Below are positions 57,230-64,000 of a stretch of 64,000 bases of DNA, in pieces. Numbering within the stretch: position 1 is the first letter of the stretch; every line of letters starts with the position of its first letter. Both the position numbers and the translations under genes were made by a program. The stretch is from Chrysomallon squamiferum. Lineage: Eukaryota; Animalia; Mollusca. The stretch is taken from NCBI GenBank assembly GCA_012295275.1, contig CM022668.1:14384001-14448000 (forward strand). Reading direction: 5' to 3'. The notes under the pieces are model-generated. The model did no database searches. It had not been told where the DNA came from and saw only the letters and a program-made list of their open reading frames with translations.

Positions 57230-58170
57230 CAGTACTTACATAGGTCCATACAAGATCCATACTTAGACAGATCCATTCTTACGATACATACATACATAGA
57301 TTCATACTTACATAGATCCATACTTACAAGATCCACACTTAGACAGATCCATTCTTACGATACATACATACATAGATTCATACTTACATAGATTCATACT
57401 TGTATAGATCCATACTTACATAGATCCATACTTACAAGATCCACACTTAGACAGATCCATTCTTAAAGATACATACATACATATATTCATACTTACATAG
57501 ATCCATACTTACATAGATTCATACTTACATAGATTCATACTTACATAGATTCATACTTGTATAGATCCATACTTTTATAGATCCATACTTACATAGATTC
57601 ATATTTACATAGATTCATACTTACATAGATTCATACTTGTATAGATCCATACATGTATAGATTCATACTTACATACTCATACTTGTATAGATCCACACTT
57701 GTATAGATTCATACTTACATAGACTCATACTTACATAGATTCATACTTGTATAGATCCATACTTAGATTCAGATTCATACTTACATAGATTCATACTTAC
57801 ATAGATCCATACTTGTATAGATTCATACTTACATAGACTAATACTTGTATAGATCCATACTTAGATAGATTCAGATTCATACTTACATAGATTCATACTT
57901 GTATGGATCCATACTAACATAGATTCATACTTACATACTCATACTTGTATAGATCCATACTTGTGTAGATTCATACTTACATATACTCATACTTACATAG
58001 ACTCATACTTGTATAGATCCATACTTGTATAGATCCATACTTGTATAGATCCATACTCACGTAGATTCATACTTACGTAGATTCATACTTACATAGATTC
58101 ATACTTGTATAGATCCATACTCACGTAGATTCATACTTACATAGACTCATACTTACATAGATCCATACTT
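57230..58170 (+). repeat. 16-bp minisatellite (ACATAGATYCATACTT)n in NSF copy B intron 6
   Basis: Dozens of consecutive units. The paralogous array in copy A is shorter and more degenerate (~40270-40525). Confidence 0.9.
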
Positions 58171-59355
58171 CCATTGATATGTATAGACACTACTTCCATT
58201 GATATGTGTGGATACTACTGACATATATGTGTAGAGGCTACTTACATTGATATGTGTAGATATTACTCACATAGACTGTTTCTCATGTTGATCTATTCTT
58301 ACTTGGATCCTATTTCTTTTGATCCATACTTTTTATCTGTTGATACTTATGTAGATCAACACTTCCATGGCTGATGTCTGATTGACATAAACACAAAACT
58401 GATCACAAACACAATCTCACTGTCAATTAAATTAATTTTGTGAGTTTTCAAGACAATACTCACATATATACAATTTATCAGATGGGTTATTACTAGTATT
58501 TCTAAGATTGTGATTCATTACTGTATTTTAATATTGAGAATAATATTTCTAATTACAGGCAGACTTTGGATTTCTGACACCAAATGCTGGAGTTGTGTTT
58601 GAAAAAGCTGAAAATTCACCTCTAAATCTGAAAGGAAAGTCAAAAGGGTAAATAAAAATAATGATAATGATGATGATGATGATGATAACTAAAATTTTTA
58701 AATTAGGCTTTGGCAAATATAATCTATGGACAGCAGGATTAAATACTTATTAACAGGCTAATGGTTCAATTAAAATATATAGTTATAAATAACAATAAAT
58801 AAAAATAAAAATCCTCCATGCAAAACTGTTTTAAAAAATAGCTAAAGATACTTCGAAGAAACATTTTCTCTGTTTAAATAAATTAGGCCTATCTTTTCTA
58901 GTCATAGAAACTTTGTGACTGGTAAAATGTAGATTATGATATGAAGAATCTGAAAGTCTGCAGAATCCAAAACGTCACTTAATCCTGTCTTAGAATCACA
59001 GTGTTACAAATATTACAATATCACAGGTTATGAGAGTCAAATTTTAAATATTAAATGTTTAAATATTTTTTTAAATGCAGAAAATCAACTTACCAGTCAA
59101 TTATCAATCCAGACTGGGATTTCACAAAGATGGGAATTGGAGGACTTGACGACGAATTCTCTGCCATTTTCAGAAGAGCTTTTGCTTCAAGAGTTTTCCC
59201 CCCTGATATCGTGGAAGCCATTGGTTGGTTAATCTTTAATTTTATCATAATTTGTTTTGAACATTTTTGCTAATGTTATTTCATTTATGTTGTTATATTA
59301 ACACTATTTCTGAATTATTATGAAAACTAGTAATAAATTAACAACATTTCGGTAA

Positions 59356-59478
<123 letters not shown>

Positions 59479-59588
59479 TAAATAAATAAATAAATATATA
59501 TATATATATATATATAATGAATATTACTAACTTGGGAACCAAAATAAGAAAAACCTAGAATATAAATTTCTATTTCTTTATTGTTTTA

Positions 59589-59673
<85 letters not shown>

Positions 59674-61812
59674 ATTTTTACTATTTTTTTCTTTCTTTGT
59701 AATTGCAGACAGATAGGTGAGATGTTGAATGCTAGAGAAATAAAGATAGTAAACGGACCTCAGATTCTTGACAAATTTGTGGGAGAATCAGATGTGAACA
59801 TTTGCCAACTTTTTGCTGATGCTGAGGAGGAAGAAGAAAAAGTAATTTAGAAAAAATATTTAAAAAAAAATCTCTTCTATGTGCAGCACTATGAATACAA
59901 GGACTTTTTTTGTTTCAGAAATCAGAATGTTTTACTCTGTTGTCTTTGGAAATGTAATTTTTAAAAATGTTTTAATCTCTGGTGCATGTTTTGTTATGGT
60001 GTAGATATAAACAGATTTTTGATGACAAGAAGATGAACAAAGGTGTTTATTTTACTGTGTTGCAAATGTATACTTTTTTTTCTGATGTACAAAAGGATGA
60101 AAAATGAGTGCTGTTAATAATATTTTATCTTTTTAATTTTTTTCTTTCTTTTTCATAAAAACATTATGGTTTACTCCTCAACAGTCTAACTAAATGTGAT
60201 TTGTTACTTCTTGAAGAGTCACAGTTTCCTGATTGTTGAAAAATGACACGCTATCAGTGGATATTTGCTATGTAAATGAAACATTTTCTTTGTTCTCTTA
60301 GGTTGGCAGAAACAGTGGTCTTCACATCATAATTGTTGATGAGATTGATGCCATTTGTTCTCTGGCAAGTATTTTAATAAATATAAATTATAAATATTAT
60401 TTTAGCTTTGTCCTCACGTCAGTAAATTTCATACTGCATAAAATTAAGCCAAAATGTAAATACTTTTTAATATACTTTTAAACTGACCAGTATGTTAACG
60501 ATTTTGAGTTGCTGTGTACTTTTACAACTACTTCACTAGTGACAATATGGTGAATGCAGATGAATAAAGTATAACACTAATACAACAGGGTCTAGTAAGA
60601 ATTTTCAGATTAAACGTTTTGTTATAATACAGAATAAAAATAAATAATGAAGCCTGGAAAGAAAGAAAGAAACAAAATTTTGCTAGTAATAAAGTATAAC
60701 AGTAAAATGACAGTTTGAAAAGAAATACTGAGACCAAACTTTACTAATAATGAAGTATGACAATAAAATATAGTCTGAGTAAAAATGAAAAAAAATCCCA
60801 TTAAGATCTAACTTTGGCATTAATAATATATAACAGTATAATAGGAAAACTGAGATCAAACTTTGCAGACGATAAAATAAAACAAAATAGTATTATAATG
60901 TGTATGAAATAACAGTAAAATCGAACTTTGTTAATAATAAAGTATAACACTGCTAGTGTGCACTCTGTCAGCCATTTATTTGAAACAGTTCACATAAAAA
61001 TATATATAAAACAGAAATCATTACTGAGACACTTAAAGCAACATTACGAATACCAGACTCGTCAATATTTAAAATAAACTTCACAACGTCTTGCAGAAAC
61101 TTCACAAAATGTGCGGGTTTTTTTAAACATTTTTTTTTTTAAGACCAATTTACTAATAACACAGTATTTAAAAAAAAGAAAAGAAATGTGATGATTCTTT
61201 GCAAATAATAAAGTAAAACAAAATACTACAATAATGAAATGAAATAACACTGATGTCAAACTTTGTTAATAATAAAGTATAACAATAATACTGATGAGCA
61301 CTCTGAAAGTCATTTTCCATTATTTTTATGATACAGTACACATAAAACACTATTAAAATAGAAATCATTCCTAAAGTGACCTTACTGAAACCAGACTCAT
61401 CCGTAATAAAAATAAATTAAAAAAACTTATATAAACTAAAAAGCCTGTGACTAAATTTTTAAAACTTTTTCTTCATAAAAAAATTCTTTTCACTACTTAT
61501 TTCCAGGCTGGAAACACTGCAGTACATGACAAAGTTGTGAATCAGCTGTTAGCCAAACTGGATGGAGTTGAACAGTTAAACAACATTCTTGTTATTGGTA
61601 CGACCAACAGAAAAGATATGATTGACGAGGCTTTGCTTAGACCTGGACGATTAGAAGTGCACGTGGAGATAGGTGGGTCCATTGTGATTTATGTATTTGA
61701 GTATAGATGGGTCATTCATGATTTACAGATAGGTAGGTGTATTGTGGTATATGTATATATAGGTAGGTATATTGGGATACAGGTATATAATATAAGATAA
61801 GTGGGTATGGGG

Positions 61813-62277
61813 CAGGGACGGGCAAACTTTTTTAAAATGGGTGCAGGATGGATCTTATAGGAAGATCACGAGGGCCAGAATATGAAATGAGAACAAAAAC
61901 GATTTCAAACTGTATTTTATATAAACAGTAAATTCACTTTTAGCAAAGGTTAGAAGAGGTAATGAGATGGGTGTTGTTGCATACCATGAAGCAGCAATTC
62001 AATGTCAGGCTTTATTGATGTGGTGGACAAGCAAAGAATATGATATAGTTTGCTAATTTTGAATTGAGTGAAGCAAGCAGCCATTCAAAATTCGGATGTG
62101 GGCACTATTGATTCGATTAGCATGTTCGAGACACCTTAAATTTTAAACTTGAGTCGACTTGAATAAAAAAATAGCTGTGTCAATTTGGCTTTATTTCATT
62201 GACTTGTATTTTGCCGGATGGCAATGTTTATAGTGAACAGTTTGTTGGGCCAGACAATAAACCTTTCTTGCTGAATC
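61813..62277. mobile_element. Paralogous hAT-like MITE in NSF copy B intron 12, right end deleted
   Basis: Starts CAGGGACGGGCAAACT at the same intronic position as 43716 and has a colinear body. The right TIR is missing. Confidence 0.6.
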
Positions 62278-63380
62278 TGGTGATGTATGTATATAAGTAT
62301 AGACGGCTCATTTATGTTTTAGAACTAGGTGGATATATTGTTATATGAATACAAGATAGGTGGGTGCATGGTGATACATGAATGTCTGTATCATTCATCC
62401 ATCCATCCATCAATTCATACCAGCTCTATTCTCTTCCCAATTCCTACTCCCAACCCTACTCAACCATTTGTCTATACTTTCATTGATAATTTTTACCACA
62501 GTTAATTATATTTTTTAAACATCTGCAATCATTAATCTATTTTTTTTCATTTATGCTGTAAAATAATTTCATTAGCATCAATTAATTGTAAATTAGGGCT
62601 GCCTAACGAGGCAGGAAGACTCCAGATTTTGCAGATTCACACTGCAAAGATGGTGGAAAACAACAAACTTGCATCAGACGTGGATCTGAATGAGCTGGCA
62701 GCCTTGACAAAGAATTTCAGTGGAGCAGAGATAGAGGTTTTAGTAAGAGCAGCTCAGTCTACAGCCATGAACAGTCTGATTAAGGTACATGTTTGTGCTT
62801 GCTTTAACCTTAAAAGCTTTTTTTTATTTAGCATCTTCTCATCTGTGTTAATATCTCTTTTCTATTAAAAGATAATCATAATAGTAATAAATAAATAAAA
62901 AGAATAACTATTATATTGAATTAATTAGATAATGTAATTAAATTTAAATAATTCAGTGTAAATGAGATTAGTTATTGTGTGAATTAATAAGAAAATCTTA
63001 TTTTATGCAGGCCACTTCTACTGAAGAGGTTGACCCAGATGCCATAGACAAACTCAAAGTGTCGAGATCAGACTTCATTCATGCTCTTCAGGATGACATA
63101 AAACCAGTAAGTATTGTCTATAAACTGGATACATTTTTTATTAAAGAAGGGCAGGTTGACCAATTTTTAAAATAAAATAGTTATTTGTTTTAATGTTGCA
63201 ACGGTTGTGTTAATGTATAACCCAGCTGCATTTTGTATAGTATGAAAAACGAGTTATGTGTTAAAATGTGAAACAAATTGTTTGTTTGTTTCTCTGTCTG
63301 TATGTTTGTCACTCTGTATGACTTTCATTTTTCATCTTTCTTTTTTGTTGCTCTCTGTATTTGTCCCTGTCTGTCTCTTT

Positions 63381-64000
63381 ACAAGGCAAAAAATCTGACG
63401 CAATCAACACTCGTGACATAAACATCATCGCTTTCACTGACAAACAAAAAGCAGATCTACTCAGTGAAACTTTCTCGAAATGAAGCATAAATATTCAGAC
63501 TTCCCACCCAATTTTCTCAAAAGAAAAAAAACAACAAAAAAACACATTAGAGAACCTACCAGTTCACGAACATTCTACAGACACAGAACACATGAAATAC
63601 AAAGTACCAATGAATTAAAATATGCCCTTAAAAACAAAAACAAAAAGTACTGCCGCAGGGCCTGACAATATAAGCTACAAAATAATGAAACACTTGCCAG
63701 AAGAAACTATTAATTATACTTGAAATCTTCAGCACAATTTAGCAACAGGCAATATTCCAGCAAACACGCTGAACGTTTCAGTCTGCCTAAAACGCCGTAA
63801 AGACCACACATTACCCAACAATTACACACCAATCACTCGGACATCACACATGTGCAAACCATTGGAAACAATGATAAACACACACCTAAATCAACATTTA
63901 AATGACAACAACTTAATTAGTAAAAACCAAAACGTGAACAACCGAATCACCTGCTTACAAAATTCAGTTAACCAATCTTTCAGCAAAGGATCATTCAGGC
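63381..64000 (+). mobile_element. Second copy of the decayed LINE fragment (equivalent to 50051-50666), running off the window edge
   Basis: Colinear and nearly identical to 50051-50666, from ACAAGGCAAAAAATCT to AAAGGATCATTCAGGC, and broken in the same way. Confidence 0.9.

Noticed and set aside
57230-58170. CRISPR-like appearance of short regular repeats (also 6870-7565, 9840-10680 and 12470-12680)
   Set aside because: The units are contiguous or homologous along their whole length, with no unique spacers and no cas genes, in an intron-containing eukaryotic context.

Overview
AT-rich, microsatellite-dense eukaryotic genomic DNA with spliceosomal introns. It is an animal, and the repeat content suggests a mollusc or gastropod (inference). 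From left to right: (1) the ~23.4-kb first intron and first coding exon of a minus-strand DIP2 (disco-interacting protein 2) gene. (2) Head-to-head with it, a complete 8-exon CNPPD1 gene (519 aa). (3) A convergent minus-strand 3-coding-exon orphan gene for a signal-peptide-bearing, Asp/Glu-rich protein of about 265 aa. (4) A direct tandem array of NSF (vesicle-fusing AAA+ ATPase) copies. Copy A is a clear pseudogene. Copy B is stop-free over 475 codons (N + D1 domains) but damaged, and its homology stops before D2 at a duplicated LINE fragment that probably begins a third unit. Also present are a decayed APE/RT non-LTR retrotransposon, a hAT-like MITE, tRNA A-box- and B-box-like minisatellites, and a recurrent pattern of tandem repeats seeded from exon/splice-donor junctions. 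All exon coordinates were derived by hand and no database searches were run.
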